Assembly (NCBI RefSeq): GCF_006345805.1
Contig: NC_043003.1
Coordinates: 65,658,001-65,722,000 of the forward strand
Length of the DNA stretch: 64,000 nt
Origin: Octopus sinensis
Taxonomy: Eukaryota
Reading direction: 5' to 3'
The translations under genes and the position numbers were made by a program. The notes beneath the pieces were generated by a model. The model worked only from the letters and a program-made list of their open reading frames with translations, made no database searches and was not told the origin of the DNA. Within the stretch, counting starts at the first letter, position 1, and every line of letters begins with the position of its first letter. Shown here in pieces: positions 52,878 through 64,000 of this stretch.

Positions 52878-52978
52878 TCTACGGACGTACGTTTCGAAAT
52901 CAAGTTTTTAGGAAAGCATAAGAATTAAATATTAAATAATTCTATCTTACCAAAAACTTCTTTTCTCTTCAGCGTAGA
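52878..52978 (-). ncRNA. Type I hammerhead ribozyme with a 70-nt stem II
   Basis: UCUACG/CGUAGA stem I; CUGAAGA; GAAA; palindromic ACGUACGU stem III; GUC cleavage triplet. Confidence 0.8.
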
Positions 52979-53471
52979 ATACTATAATCATAAATGATTA
53001 TATATTGAATTTTGAGATACTAGAAGGCACCAACTCAACTCAGTATCAGAGCGAGCTAGAATCCGCAACTAGTATCACCAAATTCAATGTGTGAATGGAA
53101 AGATTGTGTCACCAGCCCCTTCCCACCCGCGTGTAGCCAAAACAAGATGCTGTGGTCATCTACTGAGATAAAATATGGTTATCCGTAATAATGAAGGGTG
53201 AAATTAATTAATTTGGAATAATTATCAATTACACCAAGTAGTCTTCGGCATGTAAAAGCCTCATTCGAGGAAAATTTAAGTAATACTAAGCAATAAAGGG
53301 TTTAGCAACGAATTGCCTTACCACATACCGAATTTAGAAATAGCAGTCAAAGAGTTATAGCTATTTCTTCTACTAAAAAGGGAGATCTCAGTAAAAACAG
53401 CAATTGGAAGGCAGACACAAACAGGTAAGAGAGAATGAATTGACGGCAATCTATCATACAATTTTAAGTTA

Positions 53472-53572
53472 TCTACGGACGTACGTTTCGAAATCAAGTT
53501 TTTAGGAAAGCATAAGAATTAAATATTAAATAATTCTATCTTACCAAAAACTTCTTTCCTCTTCAGCGTAGA
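53472..53572 (-). ncRNA. Second copy of the long-stem-II HHR
   Basis: Identical core; one A>G change at the base of stem II still pairs as G-U. Confidence 0.8.
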
Positions 53573-53630
53573 ATACTATAATCATAAATGATTATATATT
53601 GAATTTTGAGATACTAGAAGGCACCAACTC

Positions 53631-53734
53631 AAATATCCAAGTTATCATTGAATATATTACTACACACATACCCACGTGCGTGCACGTGAGTGTAAGTGTG
53701 TGTAGTAATATATTCAATGATAACTTGCATATTT
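53631..53734. repeat. Fold-back inverted repeat with 31-bp perfect arms
   Basis: CAAGTTATCATTGAATATATTACTACACACA ... TGTGTGTAGTAATATATTCAATGATAACTTG. Confidence 0.9.
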
Positions 53735-54554
53735 AGTCTTGATACGTTCAATAGATTGGAATACAAATATGCTAATCTCTTTTGTTCTCATGTGAACAGC
53801 TTTTCCTTTAAGATGACTATATGTTCATAATACACTCGGTTCATTAATGCGGAGGATGCTTGGATATTAGTATTTTGTCATAGTATACGGAGCAGCGAAC
53901 ATTTTGTACACCAAAATTATAAAGAAGGCCACCGACTCTGATTCAACATATCGAGTACTTATGACTTAATTATTTCTTCCAATAAGAAAAAAAGAAGAAA
54001 AATAGCCAACAATAAACGGCAGTGATTTCCTTCCTAGAGATGAAGCCAGATATTATTTACAAGACACGAGGAAATACTCTTTTGTGAAGTACATGATAGT
54101 TTGTATGACGTCATTTACATATGTAAATACATATTTCAGTCTTCTCTCAGTCTTCACACATTGAGGTAACACAACAGCGACCAGCTTATTCAGGTTCGAA
54201 TCTGCCGGAACGCGTTAAGAATAGATATGTTAGTTATTATTTCGAAACTCACTGTACAACGTGTCAATGGCGATTTATTATTAGTTGCCAGATATCAGCA
54301 TGCATCAGTGAACAAAGCGTTCACTGCCGTCATGAGCAAACGTATCGACTCTTGCTACATTCATCGGTCCGATAACTTTCGTCTGTTCGCAGGGCAAATG
54401 ATGACTTATATTCTCGCGCATGTGTGCGCGCGTTTATTTGTATGTTCGTGTGTACGTCTGTGTGTGCGTGTGTGTGTGCATGTGTGTGTGTACAAGTGAG
54501 AGAAAGAGAGAGAGAAATAGAGAGAGTGTGTGGTTGTGTGTGAGAGTTACACGC

Positions 54555-54589
<35 letters not shown>

Positions 54590-55225
54590 GAAAGAAAGAA
54601 AGAGAGAGAGAGAGAGATAGAGAGAGAGAGGGAAAGAGCTTGCATGCAAATCATAATTGAAAAATATTACTCCGTTGCAGAACATAGAGTAAATATTATA
54701 TTACAGAATTGGAAAAGGCTTTACAAATTGTCAGTGTTTCACGTAAGCGATCTTCAGACAACCACGAGTATTTAGAACAATGCATAAGGATGCATAATGA
54801 GTGAACTCATCGAATAAGCAATAAAAGTGGATGTGGCTGGACGATTACTTTTCGAAATAACAAGAACCTCTTGGATGATCGCAATTAACCGTGATGATAG
54901 AATATGATAGCAATCAGTCAATTGAAATGATAATTAAAACTTAGATAGTGTAAATCGTTTACACATGTAGAAGCGGGGGCAGAAAAATATAGGAAAAAGA
55001 AAAAAAAACCTAATGAGAAATGTAAAATAATTGATAAAAAGTACAATTTTAATGGAAAATTTATAAATCAAAGGCAAATTATAAACCAAGGCCAAATGAG
55101 AATCACGGCAAGATAAATAAATTAACTAATTAATTAATTAATAATTAACGTACGAATTTTAATTTATTTAATCATTGACGCCTTCTTATATGCACATGTG
55201 AGTGTATGCAGGTGTGTTTCTATGC

Positions 55226-55274
<49 letters not shown>

Positions 55275-55581
55275 TGTATGTATGTATGTATGTATGTATG
55301 TTTGTATGTATGTATGTATGTGTATGTGTGTGTATGCTTGCATGCATGTAACTGTATTCATGTGTGATGATATATTATTTTGCTATATCCAAGTATAGTG
55401 TGAAAGCTGCCCATCTTATTTAGAATGACATTTTACAGTGTTTAATATTGACAGTTTCTCATTCCACAAGATTTTGCTGTTGCATTTTTTCTATACACAA
55501 CTCTCTCTGTCTCTCCCTCGCCCTCTATCTATCTATATATCTAATGTGTGTATGTATGTATGTTTGAGTGTGTGTGTATAC

Positions 55582-55666
<85 letters not shown>

Positions 55667-55675
<9 letters not shown>

Positions 55676-55987
55676 TATTAGAGACAAAACCACTATTTTG
55701 CAAAACAACAAGGAAAGACTTAATCAATACATAAAATTTTAATAAATAGTCAAAAAAACCGCCACTACAATTGTTACTTGTCTTGATCGACAATCTTCAG
55801 GTGGACTTCCAATAAGTCAGTTTCAAATGAAACTGACTTATTGGAAGTCCACCTGAAGATTGTCGATCAAGACAAGTAACAATTGTAGTGGCGGTTTTTT
55901 TGACTATTTATTAAAATTTTATGTATTGATTAAGTCTTTCCTTGTTTGTTTTGCAAAATAGTGGTTTTGTCTCTAATAATATTTTAT
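55667..55987. repeat. Near-perfect palindrome (arms about 160 bp, 2-nt spacer) with an HHR motif in each arm
   Basis: Centre TTTCA-AA-TGAAA at 55821-55832; one 1-nt indel between the arms; plus-strand motif at 55849-55891 and its mirror at 55762-55804. Confidence 0.95.
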
Positions 55988-56092
55988 AATATTTTACTAT
56001 AAAATTGGATTTAATCCTAAATCTGATTTTTTCCCTGTAAATTTGGATTTATTCCCTAATATTTATTATTATATATATATATATATATATAC

Positions 56093-56295
56093 AAAGTTAA
56101 CCCAAACATGAAAACACATAGAGGAAACACAACAACGCGAGGACGTGGAACAAATATAGTGTTATTGGACGCTCAGGAAGGAAGGGAAGAAGAAAGGTTT
56201 AACGTTTCGAGCGGAACTCTTCGTCAGAAACATAGGAAAAGGAAAGATCCAAAGAAAGGAAGACGGAGGAAAAAAATCGCCAACGGTACACACGA
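56093..56295 (-). mobile_element. Penelope-like pLTR remnant
   Basis: Same family as 10690 and 58195; (TA)n on both sides. Confidence 0.8.
56197..56231 (-). ncRNA. Minimal type I HHR with intact core
   Basis: GUUU-CUGACGA-A-GAGU(UCC)GCUC-GAAA-CGUU-AAAC. Confidence 0.65.
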
Positions 56296-56318
56296 TATAT
56301 ATATATATATATATAGGC

Positions 56319-56356
<38 letters not shown>

Positions 56357-57184
56357 ATAGACAGAAAGATGCATAGAGGTATTTACATGTATAAACACAA
56401 ACTTGTTACCAGATGAATTATATCTTGAGAGATATTCGAACATGTAAGGAAGTCTTTCACAGTCTTTTGAGTGGAGAAAATTTTCTCGCTGTAAAGAAAT
56501 AGCTGTACGTACACACCCATACGTACAGAGTTACGGGTACGTTCGAATTAAATATTTTAATACACACTTAACCTCCACTTGAGTATGTGTGATTAACAAA
56601 CTGAAGCTTGAACATTGTGATTTCTCCAAACTTTATCGCTTGGCCATATTTGACGTTTAGTTCTCTTCACCATTGATACTGTCAATAGATTAGTTCTTAA
56701 TATATGTGACGGTAACATGGAGTATTGTAAATAGAAAATATGCCATATGGGAGTCATAGTCAAGATCTAGTATCAAAGCATTCTGTCTCTTAATACACGC
56801 GCAGATACTCACACACGCGCGCGCGACCATTCATATACACGCACTCATATCTTTATTTCTTTTTTTTCCACCACCTTTCCTCCTTTATTGATTGCTGACG
56901 AAGTGTTATGGCCCAAAACGTTGAAAGCTGTTTCCTTTTCTTTTCAATGGTAAGACTAACAGTACCTCTCTTAAAACTTTTGCCTCCTTTCTTTTCTCTT
57001 CGGTATATATATATATATATATGAATGAGCGTTTGTGATTTTGTGTTTCTAATGCATAGTGAAAGTAAATGAGAATCAGTAAAAAAAGGAGCCAGAGAAA
57101 CAAGTATAGTGGAAAAAAAACCTACTGCTAAAGTATAGACAGAATTCTATATTTTAGGGGGGGATCTCCAAATTTCTGCATGTC

Positions 57185-57217
<33 letters not shown>

Positions 57218-57233
57218 ACACACACACACACAC

Positions 57234-57270
<37 letters not shown>

Positions 57271-57362
57271 ATAATAGACCGTCCGTTAATATAAATCGGA
57301 AAAAAGTAGCACACTCTAAGTTATAAAGCAGTATATATTAAAGTTAGATAAGGCCGTTTTAT

Positions 57363-57424
57363 GGGATTACATTAGGTTTCACGTCCGTAAAGGGCTTGGA
57401 ATTTATGGCGTATCATCAGATCTC
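57363..57424 (-). ncRNA. Type I HHR motif with canonical CUGAUGA core
   Basis: GAGAU-CUGAUGA-U-ACG[25 nt]CGU-GAAA-C(CUAAU)G-UA-AUCCC; GUA triplet; the host remnant ends at (TA)n near 57268. Confidence 0.6.
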
Positions 57425-57526
57425 AAAACCTGTTGGCTAAAAGCCGCTCTAGTGAGTGGCCTCTTGAAGAATATATGACCTCGCTACCCAATGTCAACAA
57501 AGGACACACACACACACACACACACA

Positions 57527-57570
<44 letters not shown>

Positions 57571-57827
57571 GACACACACATGTATTAGATAATTAAATGA
57601 ATGGTTTATACCTGGTAGCTTACTGGTAAGACACGGTTACTTTCACAGTATCTGGTTAATGAGAGACAGAAGATGGAAGGTACGAGAGTTTTTATTTAAT
57701 CACTACAATTGTTTCGACATATCTAGTATCCATCTCTCACGGGAGGGGTAGTAAACAACTGGTTCAGGAGCATCCGATCGTGCAGATTGTCTGTTCCGGT
57801 GATAAATAGATTCCTCTATTCTGTGTA

Positions 57828-58180
57828 ATGCGTGTTCGTCTGAAAAAGAATCGCTGTTTTCAGCTGGAAAGGATCCTCTTCATTGCTTCCAAGAAGATTA
57901 TAACCCCGAAACCAAAGCCCAGTTTTCGCGGTAGAAGACCCACAACAACAATTGAAGACATCGAGGAAATGAAGGAGAATGAGACAAAGTAGCTGCTTGC
58001 CATCCCCCCCCCCCCAAGGAATTTCAAGAATGCTTCCATCATTGAAAACGGCACTGGATAGAGTGTGTGTGACATCAAAAGTGAACTGCTTCGAAGGAGA
58101 TTAAATGCCGAATTGATATATACGTTGTAGTTTACTTATAACAGTATCAGTCTAGATACTTTTTACTTAGAAGTCGTATA
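57828..58180 (+). mobile_element. Internally deleted mariner relic
   Basis: YNPETKAQ (YDPE-like motif), EDIEEMKEN and C-terminal EFQECFH.....WIECV....CFEGD*. Confidence 0.7.
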
Positions 58181-58194
58181 TATTTCTCTCTGCC

Positions 58195-58419
58195 TATCTG
58201 TCGTTCTGTGTGTGTGCGTGACCTCGTGTGTACCGTTGGCGATTTTTTTTCCTCTGTCTTCCCTTCTCTGGATCTTTCCTTCTCCTATGTTTCCGACGAA
58301 GAGCTCCGCTCGAAACGTTAAACCCTTCTTCTTTCCTTCTTTCCTGAGCGTCCAATAATACTATATTTGTTCCACGTCCTCGCATTGTTGTGTCTTTTTG
58401 TGCTTTCTTGTTTGGATTA

Positions 58420-58425
<6 letters not shown>
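58195..58425 (+). mobile_element. Penelope-like pLTR remnant with an HHR motif at 58289-58323
   Basis: GUUU-CCGACGA-A-GAGC(UCC)GCUC-GAAACGUU-AAAC; ends in long (TA)n. Confidence 0.8.
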
Positions 58426-58513
<88 letters not shown>

Positions 58514-58971
58514 CATATATATACATATATATACTTATTGAATTTATTCATTGATACGGTTGTACATGGGGTAAATGTGTTTGAAATTTGTGGTTTCTTT
58601 GGTTTGTTTGTTCCCAAACAACACTTATTTTAATGCTATTGATACCGCTGGATTTAATGGTACAGTCCAGGTGTCGAAACCATAGTGATATCCGTAGAAC
58701 AGCTGATGATGGATGTATGCTGGAGTCTTAGTATGGCTGTTTCGTGGAATAGTATTACTGGATTGTTAGTATGGCCGTGGAATAGTATTTTTACACATTG
58801 TTTTGATATATATGTGCGTGTATGTGTGTGATCATATGTGCAACGTCCTCATTTTTGTTTGTTTTTTTCTTTTTCTCTGTGCTTTTTAAATTGACTATAC
58901 ACACACACACATATTCTTTTATTCTTTTATTTGTTTTAGTCATTTAACTGCAGCCATGTCGGAGCACCGCC

Positions 58972-59180
58972 TTAACCTTTTAGTGTTCAGATTACTCTGT
59001 TAAATGTAATAGTTTTTCACTCAAATTGTTTGAATTAATCATGCATTACCTTATAGCTATGAGGTTTCAATGATGTGATAGGTTATTTTTAGAATGTCAA
59101 TGTAGGTTAGGTGTGAGAGGCTGGATATGGCCAGTTTGAATATAAAACATGTAGAATATCTGGGCCAGATATGGCCAGTC
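58972..59180 (+). mobile_element. piggyBac-like MITE with truncated right end
   Basis: Starts TTAACCTTTTAG; GGATATGGCCAG occurs twice near the end; followed by a SINE B fragment. Confidence 0.4.
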
Positions 59181-59669
59181 AAACAGTATTTATCGAGGTC
59201 GATAAATTAAGTACCAGTTAAGCACTGGGGTCGATATAATCGACTTAATACCTATGTCTGTCCATGTTTGTCTCCTCTATGTTTAGCCCCTTGTGGGTAA
59301 TAAAGAAATAGGTTTTAGTGGAAGAAATCAACCCCGGTACATTTTCTTTGTAAGACTAGTAATATCCGTCATTTTCTGCCTGTCTCATTATATATAAAGT
59401 AAGAGCGAGCAAGAAAAAGTGTTAGAAGGACAGAGATATATTAGTATAACTTTTTAAAAAAAGAAATAAGAAATGCAGAAACAAAGTCGCTGATGGTAAA
59501 GTAAAACGAATATAAAACGTAGTGAAAATTTATTTATTTATGTAGAACAAATGAATTATGGAGATTGATTTGAAATTTTAAAATAGTGGAATCTTTAATG
59601 CCGTCTTTTAAAATTGTAACATCCATCATTTTTATTTCGGAGTATCGAAATTGTGTTTTATAATTTGCT

Positions 59670-59692
59670 TTTAACTACTACTACTACTACTA

Positions 59693-59784
<92 letters not shown>

Positions 59785-59788
59785 GTAG

Positions 59789-59820
<32 letters not shown>

Positions 59821-59860
59821 TATTTTTTATTTATTTATTTATTTATATTATTATTATAAT
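59670..59860. repeat. Compound (CTA)n-(ATA)n-(TTA)n microsatellite
   Basis: Direct reading. Confidence 0.9.
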
Positions 59861-61199
59861 GATATCATTGCGGTTATTGCAATGATGGATGGGTGTATAT
59901 AGAGATTATCATTATCTGCAGCACCATGGTAATATTGACGATGATGATGAAGATGATAAAGGAGATGATGACGACGACGACGACGTTGACAATGGCGATG
60001 ATTACGCTGACGATTGCTTTCTTATTCCATCCTTCATCAACACTAGAAAACAAGATATTTAAATTTACAATGCACTAGTATTCACACAATTCTAAAAGTT
60101 TAAATATACATTTGTGTTTATATATGGATCTGCTAAACGCAGATGCATGCACACATATATACACGTATATACTGATATGTCTGTGTATTTTTATGTATGT
60201 TTGTGATATTATAAAACTCATTGTGTGTGTGTGTATGTGTGTAGGAATTAACATTAGAAACTCATCACAAAGAGATTGATACAACAATACTTCTGCCGAC
60301 ATTGCCGCAGGGAAAGCCTTCAGGTGGTCACAGAGCATATTAGAAATAGCAGCCAAATCACCTTCAAAACACACTATCCCTTAAAAGTAAAACGAGACTC
60401 CTGATAAGGTAAACCGATGTGCATAATTTGATCAGTTTTGGGAAATTTCTCATTTGGGTCTTGAGAGGAAGACCATTTCGGCCATCATTGCTAAAAAGTT
60501 AACATCAAGTACATCGAGATGGAGTATCCAGAATGGAGGTGTTCCAGGCTATTATGAATAGATTCCCCGAAAGCACATCAGGGATCAACCATGTCATTAA
60601 CAAAGCAAGGAGGTAGAACAATCCATTCTCCGTTTTATGACCGGATATTGCTTAAGCGTACCCATTAGTGCTTCAACTGCTTCTCCGAATGTCTATTTCC
60701 TCTAACAAGAAATCAAAATCGAGATTTTCAGGGCTGGAACACCCATCACTGTACGTATGGTGGATTACATATAGACTTGTGTTAACAATTCAATGCATTT
60801 TACTCGTTAAATTTAGCCGTGAAAATCTCTCTCAAAAGAATATGTAACCAAATTCAAATGTGAACTTTTATTACACGACGGATGTATTACACACATGTAT
60901 AACATACGAATTTGTCATGGTTGGAACGCCTTTGAAAATAAATCTGTTGATCAGTGCTCACATTTGCTAGGAATATGAGGGAAAATTTTGTAGTTGCTTA
61001 TTTTGACATTCATGAAAATGTGACTTGTAGCGAATACATTTTTCTTACTATTCAAGTGAATGCTTCGTTGATATATAACGTAGGGACATTAAAGAATGAC
61101 TCATCATTATATATTTATCATTGTTCAGCTGTAAAAAGGAAACAATTTATTGATAAGGAACGTAACATACTGGCAAAGATCGAAATTATTGATAAAACG

Positions 61200-61370
61200 T
61201 TTGACAGTAAGGCATCGAGCTGCCAGGTTCGTTAAGAAGCTTGCTTCCCAACCATATGATTCCGGGTTCAATCCAGCTGCGTGGCATCTGGGGCAACTGT
61301 CTTCTACTATAGTTTCCCCGGTCAACCAAAGTCGTGTGAGTGGATTTGGTAGACGGAAACTGAAAGATAC

Positions 61371-61437
<67 letters not shown>

Positions 61438-61640
61438 TGTGTGTTTCAGTGTGTTTATATCTGTGTATATTCCCCCACCCCTATCATCGCTCGACAACTG
61501 ATGGTGGTATGTTTACGTCCCCGTAACTTAGCGGTTCGGCAGGCTTACAAAGAATAAGTCCTGGGTTCACTTTATTCGAATAAAATGCGGTGCTCCAGCT
61601 TGGCCATAGTCAATTAATTAAAACAAGTAAAATAATAAAA
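61200..61640 (+). mobile_element. SINE family A
   Basis: Head, central (TA)/(TG) tract and tail are all present. Confidence 0.8.
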
Positions 61641-62069
61641 GAATGCCGGGTAAAATAGCGATATGCCGTCCGCCTTTACGTTCTGAGTTCGAACTGCACT
61701 AGGTCAATTTTGCCTTTCAGGCATTCGTGGGGGAGGGGTCGATAAAATAAGTACAAGTTAAGCACTGGAGTCGACTTATCCTACCCCCAAGCCTGCTGGC
61801 CTTGCGCCAGAATTTGAATCCAATATAGCTGACTGTGACCCGCAAATTTGTTTAACGCAAGAACATCGGTACCGGGGTTTGAACATTTCCTGGCAGAGCA
61901 GGGACCATATGCAAGGTGAAACATTTTAAAAATCTGCTAGTGACTGGCAGAGGGGGCAAATTAAATCTGCTGATGTTTCATTATTTTCATCGTTGGATGT
62001 GTGCGTGTGTGGAGGGGAGGGATCTTCTTACTTTTGTTTTTATACTGCAAAATTATGCCTCCGGGCATT

Positions 62070-62142
62070 TTTCTTCTTCTTCTTCTTCTTCTTCTGTTTT
62101 GTTATTATTATTATTAATTATATTGCTGCTGTTGATAATAAT

Positions 62143-62186
<44 letters not shown>

Positions 62187-62340
62187 TGATGATGATGATG
62201 ATGATGATGATAGAAATAATATAAAGAAGAAGTAGAAGAAGAAGAAGAAGAAGAAGAAGAAGAAGAAGAAGAAGAAGAAGAAGAAGAAGAAGAAGAAGAA
62301 GAAGAAGAAGAAGAAGAAGAAGAAGAAGAATATGAACAAT
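62070..62340. repeat. Compound (AAT)n-(GAT)n-(GAA)n microsatellite
   Basis: Direct reading. Confidence 0.95.
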
Positions 62341-62399
62341 AATAACAGCAAAGTAGGAATGGTGAAGAACAACTAAGCAAAACCAAAAGATTTTCCAGA

Positions 62400-62950
62400 A
62401 AAATAAAATAGAACAAAATTCCCCTCGAAATTTAATGAAATCAACAATGGAATTACTGAAATGAAAAGAAAAATGGAGAAAGAGACAAATACAACAGATA
62501 CCCTTCTTAACAAAAAGCTAAGTACCCAAATTCAAAGATCAGCTAACATTTTGCTCAGAGCAAAATAGAAATCTATGCAGCGCCAAAAGCAGGAGGAGAG
62601 GAAAAATTTGTTTTTGGTGTATGGGCATTGAATGCATAACAACGGACCAGAATGTTGGAATCAATATCTAAGGTACTTGAAGAATCTTTAACAATATTAA
62701 AAGCTGTAACAACATGCGATATATATTTTTAAAATTGATTAATGTTAGCGATTTCTAGATGGTGTTATACTGTTCCAAACTACTAGTTGAAATGTCTAAC
62801 ATGCAAACACTTTCTTTGCAACTGCTATGTTCATCGATGTAGAAAAAGAATGGGAAAGAAACAACAGCTGAATAGATAACAAAGGGAAAGAAACCAATTT
62901 AATCTTCAAGAATTACCATAGAACAAAACCCATGAATTATAAATAGAAAT
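62400..62950 (+). mobile_element. Possible very old LINE ORF2 C-terminal relic
   Basis: Purine-rich, stop-riddled sequence with weak motifs (FECITT..W; EKEWERNN); family not assignable. Confidence 0.25.
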
Positions 62951-64000
62951 GGCGTATACAGATGTATGTAATGACTATACTGTAGCGAAAGGTATACATT
63001 CTCACACGAAGCAAAAATTAAATGAAAAGCCATTTACAGAACAACTAAAGGGATATATACAGCGATGACTAATATTCTTGTAGCGACCAGGTTGTACAGT
63101 AACTAGTACAAGAAACTATACCTGTTATATTGTTGTTTCTCCCGTTTATCTTTTTCAAATCTTTTAAATTTCAAACTCTGATAAAATTTTAAGCAACTGC
63201 TACCTCCCCAATCTTTTTTTTTAAACTAAAACTCCTGGATTAAGAATACATAAAAAGCCTACACACAATGTACAACGCTGTAATGGTTATAGTACTGAGG
63301 ATGGTATATATCCACACACAAAAAATAAATGGAAGAAAAGGCATTTACAAAACAATTACAGTAACAATTACACGGAAGGTTTATGTCGTCATAAAGGTCA
63401 ATTACTAATCCCTACTAAACCCAAGAACAAAGAGCGAAGTTAGAACTTATAAAACCACGTACCTCAAATACCTAAAGGAAACGTAAACAATTTTGAAGGA
63501 AAAATAAGTATTTACCAAAATGAAACCCACCTACATGAAATGAAAATTTGTATACTTTTAAGGTCTCTGTTCTATGTCCTGCTGGGTCTCAGGCATTTAA
63601 TCAAAATTCTAAATTAGACTAGACATAAATAAATTTTATAGTGTACGGATGAGTCTTAATCATGAGCCTACACATGGAAAATTGCTAAAAGTTTCGGTAC
63701 ATACTGTAGAAGTATTCTGTAAAATAATTGACATGTCATTCGGTTCAGAAAAATAGCCGAAAGCAACACTAAAGATGAAAATCATTTTAAAAGTTACACT
63801 GTCATATTAGATGAAGAAATAGAGATAAAATAATTAGGCCCGTAGGCTTCGAAATACTTATGAAATAATGAACGAGACAGAGTCTAAACCATTCATATAA
63901 ATGAAAAGCTAACGCTCGAACATTCCAGATACTTTGTGCTTATATTAGGTACCTTATTGAGGCAGCATAATTAAAATATTTTCAACTCGAAGTTTCATGA

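Larger units (their letters stand above)
52690..53632 (-). mobile_element. Partial tandem (594-bp period) non-coding element with two intact HHRs
   Basis: 349-bp direct repeats at 52690-53038 and 53284-53632 (2 mismatches seen) flank a 245-bp core; abuts (TA)n. Confidence 0.85.

Noticed and set aside
54728-54761. Minus-strand UUGU-CUGAAGA...GAAA-CACUG-ACAA
   Set aside because: Only a 2-bp stem II, no proper stem III, and G at the cleavage position.
58675-58720. GAAAC...CTGATGA as a type II HHR
   Set aside because: No NUH site with a paired stem III, and stem II does not form.
60075-60374. 99-aa minus-strand ORF
   Set aside because: It begins in a SINE-tail-like sequence (GATTTGGCTGCTATTTCT) and ends in microsatellite; no recognisable domain.

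Overview
AT-rich, microsatellite-dense eukaryotic DNA, most consistent with an octopus-type (coleoid cephalopod) intronic or intergenic region; the taxon is inferred from the repeat content. No complete host gene can be supported, and most track ORFs are microsatellite translations or antisense shadows of transposons. The window is dominated by mobile-element debris: several tRNA-derived SINE families, R4/Dong-type restriction-endonuclease LINE relics, a CR1-like fragment, a Tx1/L1-like ORF1 relic, mariner and pogo relics, hAT- and piggyBac-like MITEs, a non-autonomous Helitron, a decayed 5S rRNA copy and a Penelope-like element (PLE) with an open RT-C-terminus/GIY-YIG frame. The most notable signal is a set of about 14 hammerhead-ribozyme (HHR) motifs in several unrelated sequence families, nearly all in elements abutting (TA)n tracts. 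Two lie in non-coding, terminally redundant units: a 382-bp unit at 23960-24418 and a 594-bp partial tandem at 52690-53632 with two intact HHRs. These look like retrozyme-type or PLE-derived elements that could release self-cleaved and possibly circular RNAs. All structures were assigned by eye; nothing was computed or searched.
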